Part shown: positions 31,335 to 40,064 of the stretch, piece after piece
Layout of the letters: each line of letters opens with the position of its first letter
How positions within the stretch are numbered: the stretch's first letter is position 1
IMG/VR virus record: IMGVR_UViG_3300010371_000021
Span: 1 to 42,400 of that record
Length of the DNA: 42,400 nt
DNA from: a virus
Direction: 5' to 3' (one strand)
The notes under the pieces: generated by a model
What the model saw: only the letters and a program-made list of their open reading frames with translations
The model's database searches: none
What the model was told of the DNA's origin: nothing
Program-made: the position numbers and the translations under genes

Positions 31335-33299
31335 ATGCCCGCAGGGATTTGCCTTCCACCTAAAGTAGTCGATTCGTTCAAGCAAGCGCTTGTGAGCGGC
31401 AAGATAGTGCCCGAGAAGCTAGCTCAGATGACTAGCGAAGAGCGCCACAAATTGTTTAGTGATATCGTTGGTGAGGGGAATGCCCGATTTGTAAACTCAA
31501 CTTTTGAAGCAAAAACCTTACTTAAGGACCAGCAGGCCGGGTATTTAAGATGGGCCAAGAAACTTGTAGGTGTAACGCCCGAAGTAAAACGCGATCTGAT
31601 TACCCGCATCGGCAAACTTGACCATGTACTTAGCCCATCTGAAGAACGTAGCTTTTTGAAAGATTTGGCGGCCACAAAACTTGGTGTAGATGTTACTGCT
31701 GAAGAGGCGGCACATATTACCCAGCTAAGTAATAAACTCAAAGATCTGGCGGCTAAACAGAGATCCGATGGTACCTTTCCAACTGAGTCAGACCGTATGG
31801 CTTATGGTCGTGCTAAAGTGGGGTTCGGGTCACACTTGGCCGAGCTCAAGAACAATGCTAATAAACTGTCCATTAGTGAACAAGCTGCTCACCCGCTACG
31901 CGCCGCATCCAAAGTGGCAGGTCTCGCTAAATCGTTGAAGGCGAGCCTCGATAACTCTGCTGTATTCCGCCAAGGTTGGAAGACAATAGCAACAAATCCT
32001 TATATATGGCAAAAGAACGCTCGAAAATCATTTATAGACATTGCGAAACAGCTTGGCGGCAAAGACACCCTAAAGGAGGTACAGGCAGATATTGTCTCGC
32101 GTCCTAACTTTGACAAATACGAGAAAATGAAGCTGGCCGTTGGCAACGTAGAAGAGGAGTTCCCAAGTGGGCTACCTGAAAAAGTACCGGTACTCGGTCG
32201 GGCCTACAAGGCCTCTGAAGGGGCGTACACTGGATTTCTTTACCGCCAACGTGCTGATGTAGCTGATAAGATGCTCCAGATGGCCGAGAAGTCTGGGGTT
32301 GACATCACCGACAAGAAAGAGCTCGAAGCAATCGGTAAGCTGGTAAACTCCCTAACAGGCCGGGGAAACCTCGGCAGGCTTGAGGGAACAGCAGCGGATA
32401 GTTTAAACAACGTATTCTTCTCGGCTCGGTTTCTTAAAAGCAACATCGACACAATAACTGCTCACTCGTTCCAAAAGGGTGTTACACCATTCGTTCGTAA
32501 GCAAGCGGCACAGAACCTTGTTAAGATTGTTATGCTGAGTGCCGGTGTTATGGCAATAGCCAACTGGTTAAAACCTGGAAGCGCCGAACTAGATCCGCGG
32601 AGTAGTAACTTCGGCAAGGTAAAGGTTGGCCACACCACGTTTGACGTCACTGGTGGTATGGGATCAATAGCCACACTGGCTGCACGCATTCTTAAACAAT
32701 CGAGCAAGAGTTCAACAACTGGAATCGTAAGTAAGCTCAACTCCGGATACGGGTCACAGACTGGCCTTGATGTCCTGAATAGCTTCTTTGACAATAAACT
32801 CTCTCCAGCAGCATCAATCGTTAAAGATCTAATCAAGCAACAGGACTTCAACGGTAATAAGCCAACCCTTAAAGGCGAGGCTAGTAACTTATTTACACCG
32901 CTACCCGTTACTAATGTTGCGGGTAATAACGATCCCCATAGCGCTAATAAGCTACTCATTTCCATAGCTGATGGTCTTGGTATAGCCGCAAGTACCACGA
33001 GTCCACAACGTAGTGCTGACCAGAACTTGGCTAATAGTAAGACTCAACAGGCCTTCAAGAAGGCAGTCGGTGACGTCAGCTTTAAACAGGCAAATGCTGA
33101 CTATAACACCGAACTAAACGATTGGATGGCAGCACACCAGCAAGATCTCAATGCGTTGCCTCAGGACGAGCAGCAATCGACACTCACTGCGGTTAAAGGA
33201 AAGATTCAAGATAAAGTATATAAACAGTATAACTTTAAGCCACCTAAGCCACAGAAAGCTTCCGGTACCAAGAAGAGTTTACTGAGCTCAATACGGTAG
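31335..33299 (+). CDS. large internal-virion/tail protein with hydrophobic segment (654 aa)
   Basis: Long ORF with a predicted TM-like stretch NLVKIVMLSAGVMAIANWL. Confidence 0.75.
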   Translation: MPAGICLPPKVVDSFKQALVSGKIVPEKLAQMTSEERHKLFSDIVGEGNARFVNSTFEAKTLLKDQQAGYLRWAKKLVGVTPEVKRDLITRIGKLDHVLSPSEERSFLKDLAATKLGVDVTAEEAAHITQLSNKLKDLAAKQRSDGTFPTESDRMAYGRAKVGFGSHLAELKNNANKLSISEQAAHPLRAASKVAGLAKSLKASLDNSAVFRQGWKTIATNPYIWQKNARKSFIDIAKQLGGKDTLKEVQADIVSRPNFDKYEKMKLAVGNVEEEFPSGLPEKVPVLGRAYKASEGAYTGFLYRQRADVADKMLQMAEKSGVDITDKKELEAIGKLVNSLTGRGNLGRLEGTAADSLNNVFFSARFLKSNIDTITAHSFQKGVTPFVRKQAAQNLVKIVMLSAGVMAIANWLKPGSAELDPRSSNFGKVKVGHTTFDVTGGMGSIATLAARILKQSSKSSTTGIVSKLNSGYGSQTGLDVLNSFFDNKLSPAASIVKDLIKQQDFNGNKPTLKGEASNLFTPLPVTNVAGNNDPHSANKLLISIADGLGIAASTTSPQRSADQNLANSKTQQAFKKAVGDVSFKQANADYNTELNDWMAAHQQDLNALPQDEQQSTLTAVKGKIQDKVYKQYNFKPPKPQKASGTKKSLLSSIR

Positions 33300-33308
33300 T
33301 GCTATACT
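33300..33308 (+). promoter_or_regulatory. extended -10 promoter TGCTATACT
   Basis: Same motif family. Lies 31 nt upstream of ATG 33340, which has a GAGGAA SD. Confidence 0.4.
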
Positions 33309-33339
33309 GCAAGCATAATCATATAACGAGGAACTCACT

Positions 33340-33558
33340 ATGAACTCCAGTACTCTCGCCTCAGCTAAGAAAGCAGCGGCCCCAATCGTCGCCAAGAAGA
33401 CCAAGAAAAAGGGTGACGTCGGTAAGAAGAATAATGGTACAACGACTGGTTTCGCAGCTGTTGCTAAAAAGGGCGCAGCCGAATACGGTAGCAAAGCAGC
33501 CGGCGACAAAGTAGCGGGTGCCGTATATGCCAAGATGAAGGCCTCAGGAAAGCTATAG
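33340..33558 (+). CDS. small Lys/Ala-rich basic protein (72 aa)
   Basis: AKKAAAPIVAKKTKKKGDVGKK... has a histone-H1-like composition. Confidence 0.6.
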   Translation: MNSSTLASAKKAAAPIVAKKTKKKGDVGKKNNGTTTGFAAVAKKGAAEYGSKAAGDKVAGAVYAKMKASGKL

Positions 33559-33561
33559 ACC

Positions 33562-34263
33562 GTGGACTTCTCAGCTTTCCTCTCCCAATGGATAGGTGGC
33601 CGAGTAGCTGATCCGTCGCTAGGTAGTAAGGGCATACCACAAGATAAATGGTATGAGAACGTCTCTCTAGTCAAAGACTATATTAGACGTTGCGTTGGTG
33701 TCGAACCCAACCAAGGCGAAACGGCCGAGCTGTACTGGACTAATACGACCGATCTACTCCTATCAAGGTTCCAAAAGTTCGTCACAAACGACGTCATGGA
33801 AAGCGACATCGTTATCATGCTCAGGGCGAGTGGTTACCACATAGGTCTTGGGACGGGACGCCAGAATACAATTCAGTTTGAGATTGTTGAGCAGGACGGC
33901 GAGAACCCAGACGGCACGGGACTCAATGACAACGCTGTACGCTACCGCTGGGTACGGAAGGCGAAGATCGTTGGCGTGCTACGTCCCATCAACAAACTTA
34001 AACATTATGAATACTCCTTTCCGTCTGCGGCCCTTAAGGTGCCGCTGCGCACACAGAAGTACTTTGTGCGTGGGTCTGTGCCGAGATTTTCTGCACCGCG
34101 TGACGCCAGCCAACATAAGAATGCTAAAGGTGTGCTAACGACCGGGAATTACTATGTCTTCAAGAGACTGGATGGGATGGTTAATATCAGCAAGATACAG
34201 AACGAGCCAGGGTTTTGGGTTAATCCTGCAGATAACAAAGAATATGCTACTATAAGCATATGA
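33562..34263 (+). CDS. CHAP-like domain protein lacking the catalytic Cys, with SH3b-like C-terminal domain
   Basis: GTG start. WYENVSLVKDYI sits where CHAP domains have G.QC..L...Y. Downstream GYHIGLG and IVEQDG match the His and E-Q-N positions. The C-terminus ...GNYYVFKRLDGMVNISKIQNEPGFWVNP resembles SH3b. Confidence 0.6.
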   Translation: MDFSAFLSQWIGGRVADPSLGSKGIPQDKWYENVSLVKDYIRRCVGVEPNQGETAELYWTNTTDLLLSRFQKFVTNDVMESDIVIMLRASGYHIGLGTGRQNTIQFEIVEQDGENPDGTGLNDNAVRYRWVRKAKIVGVLRPINKLKHYEYSFPSAALKVPLRTQKYFVRGSVPRFSAPRDASQHKNAKGVLTTGNYYVFKRLDGMVNISKIQNEPGFWVNPADNKEYATISI

Positions 34264-34405
34264 GCTATGAAATCGGCACCCATATCACCTTTAAGACGTC
34301 ACCGGCGGAAAGTATAAGAACATATCTCCGCGAGGTTGGCGAACATATCATATTTGTAGTAGATCGGTCCAGCGATGCCACAACCACCACAGTTACAGCG
34401 TACTA
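34259..34405 (+). CDS. possible small ORF (48 aa)
   Basis: ATGA overlap with the upstream stop and it fills the 34263-34375 gap. No other support. Confidence 0.3.
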
Positions 34406-34845
34406 GTGAAAATATAGGCGAAGAGTTAAACGCAATTAGGACCGGAAAGTCACGCGGGAAGTACAAAGCTCTCGACGCACTGTTATCGCCACCATATTCG
34501 TCCGACAGCTTACTTACCGTTGACTATGCACACACGATCTGTACTCCTGAATGCCCGAACAGACGCATGATACAGGATGTAACGCCGCCTACCGGTGAGC
34601 GTTTAGCTGTCGTCGAGCATCGCGTTAATGAGATAGACAAGGAATTTGACCGCCATCGGGAAGAGTCGATTAGGGCTAGCGCCCTATACGCTACAAAGGA
34701 AGAACTTTCTGCGGTTAAAGAACACGTTAGCAAACTTGATACACAGAGTACACTGAAGTCACTGGCGCTTATCTTCACCATTATTGGATTCCTTATATCC
34801 ATGTCCTACAACATCGTGAATATTTATAAAGTGCTACACTTATGA
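34375..34845 (+). CDS. C-terminally membrane-anchored protein in the lysis module (holin/spanin-like?)
   Basis: 156 aa with a coiled-coil middle and a C-terminal TM segment LALIFTIIGFLISMSYNIV. Confidence 0.6.
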   Translation: MPQPPQLQRTSENIGEELNAIRTGKSRGKYKALDALLSPPYSSDSLLTVDYAHTICTPECPNRRMIQDVTPPTGERLAVVEHRVNEIDKEFDRHREESIRASALYATKEELSAVKEHVSKLDTQSTLKSLALIFTIIGFLISMSYNIVNIYKVLHL

Positions 34846-35630
34846 CCGTTTCACTAGTTGACCTGTATCATCAGTATCAAGGGACAGCTATACCTAGCTT
34901 TGATGGAAACCAAAAAAACAACGGACAGTGCGTTCAGTGGGCCCTCATGGTCCGCACCAAACGGGACGGTCTTCCGGTACGTTACGGGAACGCTATAGAC
35001 TGGTGGACTAATCGCGGAAGCGATGTAGATCACTATGACTACATACCCCACGCTTTTGGTATATATCCAAAAACCGGTGACTATGTGGTGTGGGGTGCTG
35101 GCGTAGGATCACAGTTCGGCCATATTGACATTTGCGCCTTTGATGGCAACCCGGTTGGCTTTCTGGGATATGACTCAAATTGGCTAGATATTCCAAAACT
35201 CACCACTGTTCAACACGATTATTCATTAGGCATTTTGGGCTACATAAGATTAAAGGGGCAAGATATGTTCAACGAAGGAGACAGAGTTAACTTCAACAGC
35301 CGCGAGTATGGCCAGGACTTGGGGCTACATAAAGAGCTTGTGAGCCAACAGCTTTCCTACAAGGACGCAGTTGCAGCCGCCTGGAGCTCGTCTGAGTGGC
35401 GAGACAACGCAAGAGTAAATAAAGGTGACGTTGTAAACTACTTCCGTGCTCTAGTAGGCGTTGAGCCTGTAGACGCTGACTACGCGTTCCATGTTGGGCT
35501 AACGCATAAGCAGAGCGTCTATAATCTATTAGGGCGCGGAGACGTACAGAAACGGCTTGCGGCTGCAACTGGTGGCGATCCGAAGCTTATCGCCCTAGCG
35601 CAGGCATTAAAAGAATACCTGGGGAGTTAA
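34842..35630 (+). CDS. CHAP-domain endolysin
   Basis: NNGQCVQWA (Cys), SQFGHIDICA (His) and GYDSNW motifs. ATGA-coupled start. Confidence 0.85.
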   Translation: MTVSLVDLYHQYQGTAIPSFDGNQKNNGQCVQWALMVRTKRDGLPVRYGNAIDWWTNRGSDVDHYDYIPHAFGIYPKTGDYVVWGAGVGSQFGHIDICAFDGNPVGFLGYDSNWLDIPKLTTVQHDYSLGILGYIRLKGQDMFNEGDRVNFNSREYGQDLGLHKELVSQQLSYKDAVAAAWSSSEWRDNARVNKGDVVNYFRALVGVEPVDADYAFHVGLTHKQSVYNLLGRGDVQKRLAAATGGDPKLIALAQALKEYLGS

Positions 35631-35698
35631 TATGTAACACCTCATGCCCATATCACAGACAACTTATTCCATATAACAAACTTTACAAGGAGAACAGT

Positions 35699-35953
35699 AT
35701 GAACGACTATGTAACCAGTCTGATCCGAACGTATGTACCGGTCGCAGTAGGTGCTTTGGCAGCATGGTTAGAGCAAAAAGGCCTAAACCTTGACCCGAGC
35801 GCTACGGCAGGCCTTATGACCTTCCTAACGGCCCTTTCCACTGCTGTGTACTACTTAGTAGTGCGTTTGTTAGAGAAATACGCCTCACCGCGTTTTGGCT
35901 GGCTGCTTGGTTGGGCAAAATCGCCGACATATCCTGCTCCTACTAAGCAGTAG
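35699..35953 (+). CDS. holin-like two-TM membrane protein
   Basis: AAGGAG SD. RTYVPVAVGALAAWL and LMTFLTALSTAVYYLVV hydrophobic helices. Adjacent to the endolysin. Confidence 0.6.
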   Translation: MNDYVTSLIRTYVPVAVGALAAWLEQKGLNLDPSATAGLMTFLTALSTAVYYLVVRLLEKYASPRFGWLLGWAKSPTYPAPTKQ

Positions 35954-35976
35954 GAGCCAAGCATACCCCATATAGA

Positions 35977-36016
35977 GAAACCCCCTGTGCATTACCTGAC
36001 GCAGGGGGTTTTCTAA
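35977..36016 (+). terminator. intrinsic terminator after the lysis module
   Basis: GAAACCCCCTG ... CAGGGGGTTTTC followed by a T-rich tail. Confidence 0.7.
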
Positions 36017-36093
36017 ACAAAGGGTTAAGAGGTATCGAGGACCAATTAACCTGGGGTGTAGTATACCGTTTTTTAATCTAAATGTCCAGGGTG

Positions 36094-36102
36094 TGCTATA
36101 CT
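36094..36102 (+). promoter_or_regulatory. extended -10 promoter TGCTATACT
   Basis: GTGTGCTATACT, the same motif as at 10846 and 36316. Confidence 0.45.
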
Positions 36103-36130
36103 GCTTATGCATCATAAATGGGAGTCTTGT

Positions 36131-36226
36131 ATGCGCAAAGTTACTATTAGTGTTCATAGGCGCACTGCGTCTAAAATCACTGTGAATGTACACAAGCCTA
36201 GTTATTTGGATTATATTCAATATTAG
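36131..36226 (+). CDS. possible mini-ORF (31 aa)
   Basis: GGGAG SD 6 nt upstream. MRKVTISVHRRTASKITVNVHKPSYLDYIQY. Lies between a promoter and a terminator. Confidence 0.3.
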   Translation: MRKVTISVHRRTASKITVNVHKPSYLDYIQY

Positions 36227-36272
36227 GGTATTATCTAAGGGCAGGACTCCCAAGCCTTGCTCTTAGATTGAG

Positions 36273-36308
36273 AACAGCTCAGCCGCATCCTGGGCTGTTT
36301 TCTTTTTA
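36273..36308 (+). terminator. terminator-like hairpin plus T-tract
   Basis: AACAGC...GCTGTT (or CAGCC/GGCTG) followed by TTTCTTTTTATT. Confidence 0.5.
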
Positions 36309-36317
36309 TTGTGGTTG

Positions 36318-36326
36318 TGCTACAAT
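36318..36326 (+). promoter_or_regulatory. extended -10 promoter TGCTACAAT (start of the early/RNA module)
   Basis: GTTGTGCTACAAT motif. Confidence 0.45.
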
Positions 36327-36491
36327 GCCAACAGTCTTAGATCAGTAGTCAAACTATCTAAGGAAGTCGTGTAGCTTAAGATAGGCGCAAAAATAATCCA
36401 GTAAAAAAAGTAACGCCCCCTATGTGGTAGGAGGCGTTGAGATCAGTAGTCTCTTATATCCTACCATTCGGGGTTTGAAAGGTCAAGCCTG

Positions 36492-36776
36492 ATGTCAACA
36501 GAATCTCTCAGTGAAACAGTTAAACATTACAGTGACAGTAATTTAAACATTAAAAACTACAGTGACAGTAAACACAGTAATATCACTGTAACAGACGTTT
36601 TTAAAAACTTAGTAGACGTAATCCCTAATGACGATTATATGCCTTACTACGTAAGTCGATTTAAACAACTAGGTTATACTAGATTTATGGAATTAGTCAA
36701 CAAGGCTCGAAAGTCTGGGAATGATCCACAACGCTTGTTTTTTTGGATGCTTAAGAACAATGAGTTAGTGAGATGA
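36492..36776 (+). CDS. hypothetical protein (94 aa)
   Basis: GAAAGG SD. The C-terminal motif is shared with 27545-27778(-). Confidence 0.7.
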   Translation: MSTESLSETVKHYSDSNLNIKNYSDSKHSNITVTDVFKNLVDVIPNDDYMPYYVSRFKQLGYTRFMELVNKARKSGNDPQRLFFWMLKNNELVR

Positions 36777-37768
36777 TAGACGAGATTATATCCCCAAGCT
36801 ACATGGTGGGTGGTTGTGTTAGGGACGTACTTTTAGGTCGTGAACCCAAAGACTGGGATTTTGCCACGCCCCTGTTGCCAGATGAAGTGGAGGCAAAAGT
36901 ACGGGCATCAGGTCGGAAAGCTCATATCACTGGCAAACGTTTCGGCACCATTGGCTTTAAGTTTGAAGATAAATTTGTCGAGGTGACCACTTTTAGGCAC
37001 GAAAAATATGGTAAAACGCGTAAGCCAGAAGTTCAATTCGTTACTTCGATTAATGACGATCTTGCACGACGTGATTTTACTATTAACGCTATTGCCAAGA
37101 GAGGCACAAAGATCATTGATCCATTTAATGGACGTGAAGATTTACAAATGGGGCTTATCAAGACAGTCGGTAAGCCTACAGAACGATTCAATGAAGACCC
37201 GTTACGTATGCTTAGGGCGGTTCGGTTTCAGGCACAGCTTGGGTTTATTATTGAAGAATATACGCTCGCCTCGATAAACAAGAATGCACATAAGATTCTG
37301 AGCATCAGTCGCGAACGGTGGATGCAAGAACTTGATAAGCTGCTTGTCGCAGATTACGTGGTTCTAGCTCTTCACACACTATTCGCCACAGATCTTATCA
37401 AGTTTTTGTTACCCGAACTCCGTATCCAGATCGGGTATGATCAGAATAGTGATTGGCACGAATATAGTTTAGCTGAACACACTATAAAGACTATTGGGGC
37501 TACTCCCGCTAGTACCACTTTACGTTGGGCCGCCCTATTGCACGATATAGGTAAACCTTTCGTACGTACTGATAATAAGCGTGGAAGTAGCAACTACGTG
37601 TTCCACGATGTTGTTGGTGCTGAAATGATTTACGGTATTGGAAAGAGGCTTAAATGGTCCAATGAACGCTTACAGATGATGCAAGAGCTTGTCAGAAACC
37701 ACCTAAGCGATGACAGCCCATTGCGTAATGCCGACAATTCAAGTAAACGTTTAGGAATAAAATTATGA
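36773..37768 (+). CDS. cca: tRNA nucleotidyltransferase (CCA-adding enzyme) with HD domain
   Basis: GGCVRDVLLGREPKDWDFAT (class II NTase G-box and DxD), RRDFTINA, and HDIGKP (HD). Confidence 0.9.
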   Translation: MIDEIISPSYMVGGCVRDVLLGREPKDWDFATPLLPDEVEAKVRASGRKAHITGKRFGTIGFKFEDKFVEVTTFRHEKYGKTRKPEVQFVTSINDDLARRDFTINAIAKRGTKIIDPFNGREDLQMGLIKTVGKPTERFNEDPLRMLRAVRFQAQLGFIIEEYTLASINKNAHKILSISRERWMQELDKLLVADYVVLALHTLFATDLIKFLLPELRIQIGYDQNSDWHEYSLAEHTIKTIGATPASTTLRWAALLHDIGKPFVRTDNKRGSSNYVFHDVVGAEMIYGIGKRLKWSNERLQMMQELVRNHLSDDSPLRNADNSSKRLGIKL

Positions 37769-38157
37769 CCCATCCCCAAATCCTAGAGAAGGCAATACAA
37801 AAGGCTATTGATGGTGGATGGCGCTATGATTTGGGCAACGGGTGGGCAAGTTTTGGCGATCATGACTTCCGAGCACCCGTGGTAAACAACGACGGTGACA
37901 TTGAACAGTATGATGGCGACGGCCACTGGATAACCCTTCCGAAAGAGTCCTTCATCTTCAACCACGAGTTTGCTAAGGCGCTGTGGGGCGATAACGTGTA
38001 CTACACCACCTATCAAAACACGTGGGGAGGTAGGACAACTAAAGACGACCCTAATGCCATCAAAGGACATGCTAATGGATTACCTAAGTGGCAATATAGG
38101 CTTCAGCAGATGGTAATCGCCGACGATCCTGTCGCCTATTTGGGGGAGCATATATGA
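37765..38157 (+). CDS. hypothetical protein (130 aa)
   Basis: ATGA-coupled to cca. Confidence 0.8.
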   Translation: MTHPQILEKAIQKAIDGGWRYDLGNGWASFGDHDFRAPVVNNDGDIEQYDGDGHWITLPKESFIFNHEFAKALWGDNVYYTTYQNTWGGRTTKDDPNAIKGHANGLPKWQYRLQQMVIADDPVAYLGEHI

Positions 38158-38200
38158 TCGACAAAATCTTCTATAAAACCAAAGAAGTGGCAGACAGCCC

Positions 38201-38229
38201 TTGACAAAACCCCTCCCGCAGACTACACT
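38201..38229 (+). promoter_or_regulatory. near-consensus sigma70 promoter
   Basis: TTGACA (38201-38206), an exact 17-nt spacer, then TACACT (38224-38229). Confidence 0.55.
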
Positions 38230-38394
38230 GAGAGTACCATCTAAACAAAGGGTAAAATATGTATCAATCAGAGGAAAGGTTAACCGTAAGCGTATGAAGA
38301 CTTACTTCGACACTTATATCAAACCGTTGAACGATGAGCTCCGTGTTCTCATTGCCGTCAGTGAAAAGGGCAATGTAGTTAGGAGGGTACGGGG

Positions 38395-39432
38395 ATGAGT
38401 CTTCTACAACCCGCTTCAAACCAAACTGCCTACCTAAAAGCCGGTATTCTCGGTTTCCAAGGTTCTGGTAAAACATACACTGCCTCACGCTTAGCAACTG
38501 GCTTAGCTAAGATGAGTGGTAAGGCAAAACCAAGAGTCGCCTTCTTCGATACGGAAAAAGGTTCAGATTTTCTCGTCAAGTATTTCAATGACCAAGGTAT
38601 ACAATTCGATGTTGTCAAGTCACGCGCATTCTCGGACCTTTTAGAGTTCATTAAAGAGGTGCAACAAGAGCAGTATGACGTGGCCATCATCGACTCAGTG
38701 TCACATATCTGGCGAGATCTTACAGAGAGTTACCAGAACAAACTCCGACGTCAGAATGGCCTACTATTCCAGGACTGGTCCAAAGTGAAAGGTGAGTGGC
38801 GACGCTTTACCGATGCATTCATCAACAGCAACATTCACATGATCGTTCTAGGACGCGCTGGCTATGAGTACGACTTCGATACCGATGAATCTGGCAAAAA
38901 AGAGCTCATTAAGACCGGAACCAAGATGAAGGCAGAGGGTGAGTTCGGTTATGAATCAGACATCTTGCTGGAGATGGAGCGCATCAAGGACGGTAAGAAA
39001 ACGATTAATCGTTGCTACGTCCTGAAGGACCGAACCGACACTATTGACGGCAAACAGATCGACTTCCCGAAGTTCGAAGACTTTAAAACAGTCATTGACT
39101 ACCTGAATATCGGTGGTGAACACAAAGGCATAGATGTTGACCGCAATTCTGAGGATATGTTTGACGATCCAGACAAGTCCTATGCCAAAGAGCGTGAGAT
39201 GCGTGAGATTGCCCTAGAAGAGCTGCAACAGGAGCTTGTGCTCAATGACCTTGCTGGAACGTCTTCGGCCACTCAGAAGCGTCGTGTGGAGCTCTTAATG
39301 GAAGTATTTGGGACATCTAGCAAAGCAGCAATCGAGGGGATGAGGTCACAACAGATTCGGGACGGCATTATGCAGATTCGGTCGATACTTGGAGAAGAGA
39401 GATCTAGAGAATTAACAAACCAGACTTCGTAA
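38395..39432 (+). CDS. AAA_24/Sak4-like RecA-fold ATPase
   Basis: AGGAGG SD. Walker A GFQGSGKT, Walker B-like VAIIDSVSHIW, and ..VLKDR.. near the C-terminal part of the core. Confidence 0.75.
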   Translation: MSLLQPASNQTAYLKAGILGFQGSGKTYTASRLATGLAKMSGKAKPRVAFFDTEKGSDFLVKYFNDQGIQFDVVKSRAFSDLLEFIKEVQQEQYDVAIIDSVSHIWRDLTESYQNKLRRQNGLLFQDWSKVKGEWRRFTDAFINSNIHMIVLGRAGYEYDFDTDESGKKELIKTGTKMKAEGEFGYESDILLEMERIKDGKKTINRCYVLKDRTDTIDGKQIDFPKFEDFKTVIDYLNIGGEHKGIDVDRNSEDMFDDPDKSYAKEREMREIALEELQQELVLNDLAGTSSATQKRRVELLMEVFGTSSKAAIEGMRSQQIRDGIMQIRSILGEERSRELTNQTS

Positions 39433-39465
39433 GCAAAACATTAATTCTTATACAGGGAAAACACT

Positions 39466-39792
39466 ATGGCAAAACTAGAAACAATTGAACTAAATGGCAA
39501 GACCTATCGTGAGGTTGACCCCACCGCGACCGATATTCAACCAGCGGTCGATACCGACCACATTATCGTCATTGCGCAAAGAGGTTGGATTTTTGAAGGA
39601 CACAAAGACAAGTCCGTTACTGATAAGATTCAGCTCCTGAATGCTAATGTAGTACGCTCGTGGTCAAACGGTAAAGGTATTGGTGGTTTGTGTAGTAAGG
39701 GTAACAAGTCTGATTACAAGCTCGATCCTGTTGGTGCCGTATCATTCCCGAATGAGGGCATAATTGCCGTAATCGATATTACGGAGTGGTAG
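39466..39792 (+). CDS. hypothetical protein (108 aa)
   Basis: Clean ORF. Confidence 0.75.
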   Translation: MAKLETIELNGKTYREVDPTATDIQPAVDTDHIIVIAQRGWIFEGHKDKSVTDKIQLLNANVVRSWSNGKGIGGLCSKGNKSDYKLDPVGAVSFPNEGIIAVIDITEW

Positions 39793-40062
39793 ATGAGCTA
39801 CGTTCGAAACGCTAACACAGCAGACGAAGCTCAACCGATAACACTGCATCCAGCCGGCAACGGCTACGGCAACGGCTACGGCGACGGCTACGGCGACGGC
39901 TACGGCGACGGCTACGGCGACGGCTACGGCTACGGCTACGGCGACGGCTACGGCGACGGCTACGGCAACGGCTACGGCGACGGCTACGGCGACGGCGACG
40001 GCAACGGCTACGGCGACGGCTACGGCGACGGCTACGGCTACGGCGACGGCGGAATTCTGTAG
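39793..40062 (+). CDS. (Gly-Tyr-Gly-Asp/Asn)n low-complexity repeat protein (89 aa)
   Basis: ATG directly after TAG 39790-39792. A 21-aa unique N-terminus is followed by about 16 GYG[DN] units. Confidence 0.6.
   Translation: MSYVRNANTADEAQPITLHPAGNGYGNGYGDGYGDGYGDGYGDGYGYGYGDGYGDGYGNGYGDGYGDGDGNGYGDGYGDGYGYGDGGIL
39856..40053. repeat. 12-bp tandem repeat array (GGCTACGGCGAC)n with variants
   Basis: Read directly: about 16 units, with GAC/AAC and GGCTAC/GGCGAC variants. Confidence 0.95.
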
Positions 40063-40064
40063 TT

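Noticed and set aside
38201-38398. 65-aa ORF (TTG start) between 37765-38157 and the ATPase gene
   Set aside because: Its first codons coincide with a near-consensus TTGACA-N17-TACACT promoter. It has no SD and only a late internal ATG (38293). It is more likely the 5' leader of the ATPase gene. A 35-aa peptide from 38293 cannot be excluded.
39856-40053. CRISPR array
   Set aside because: The 12-bp units are contiguous with no spacers, lie inside an ORF, and are far shorter than CRISPR repeats.
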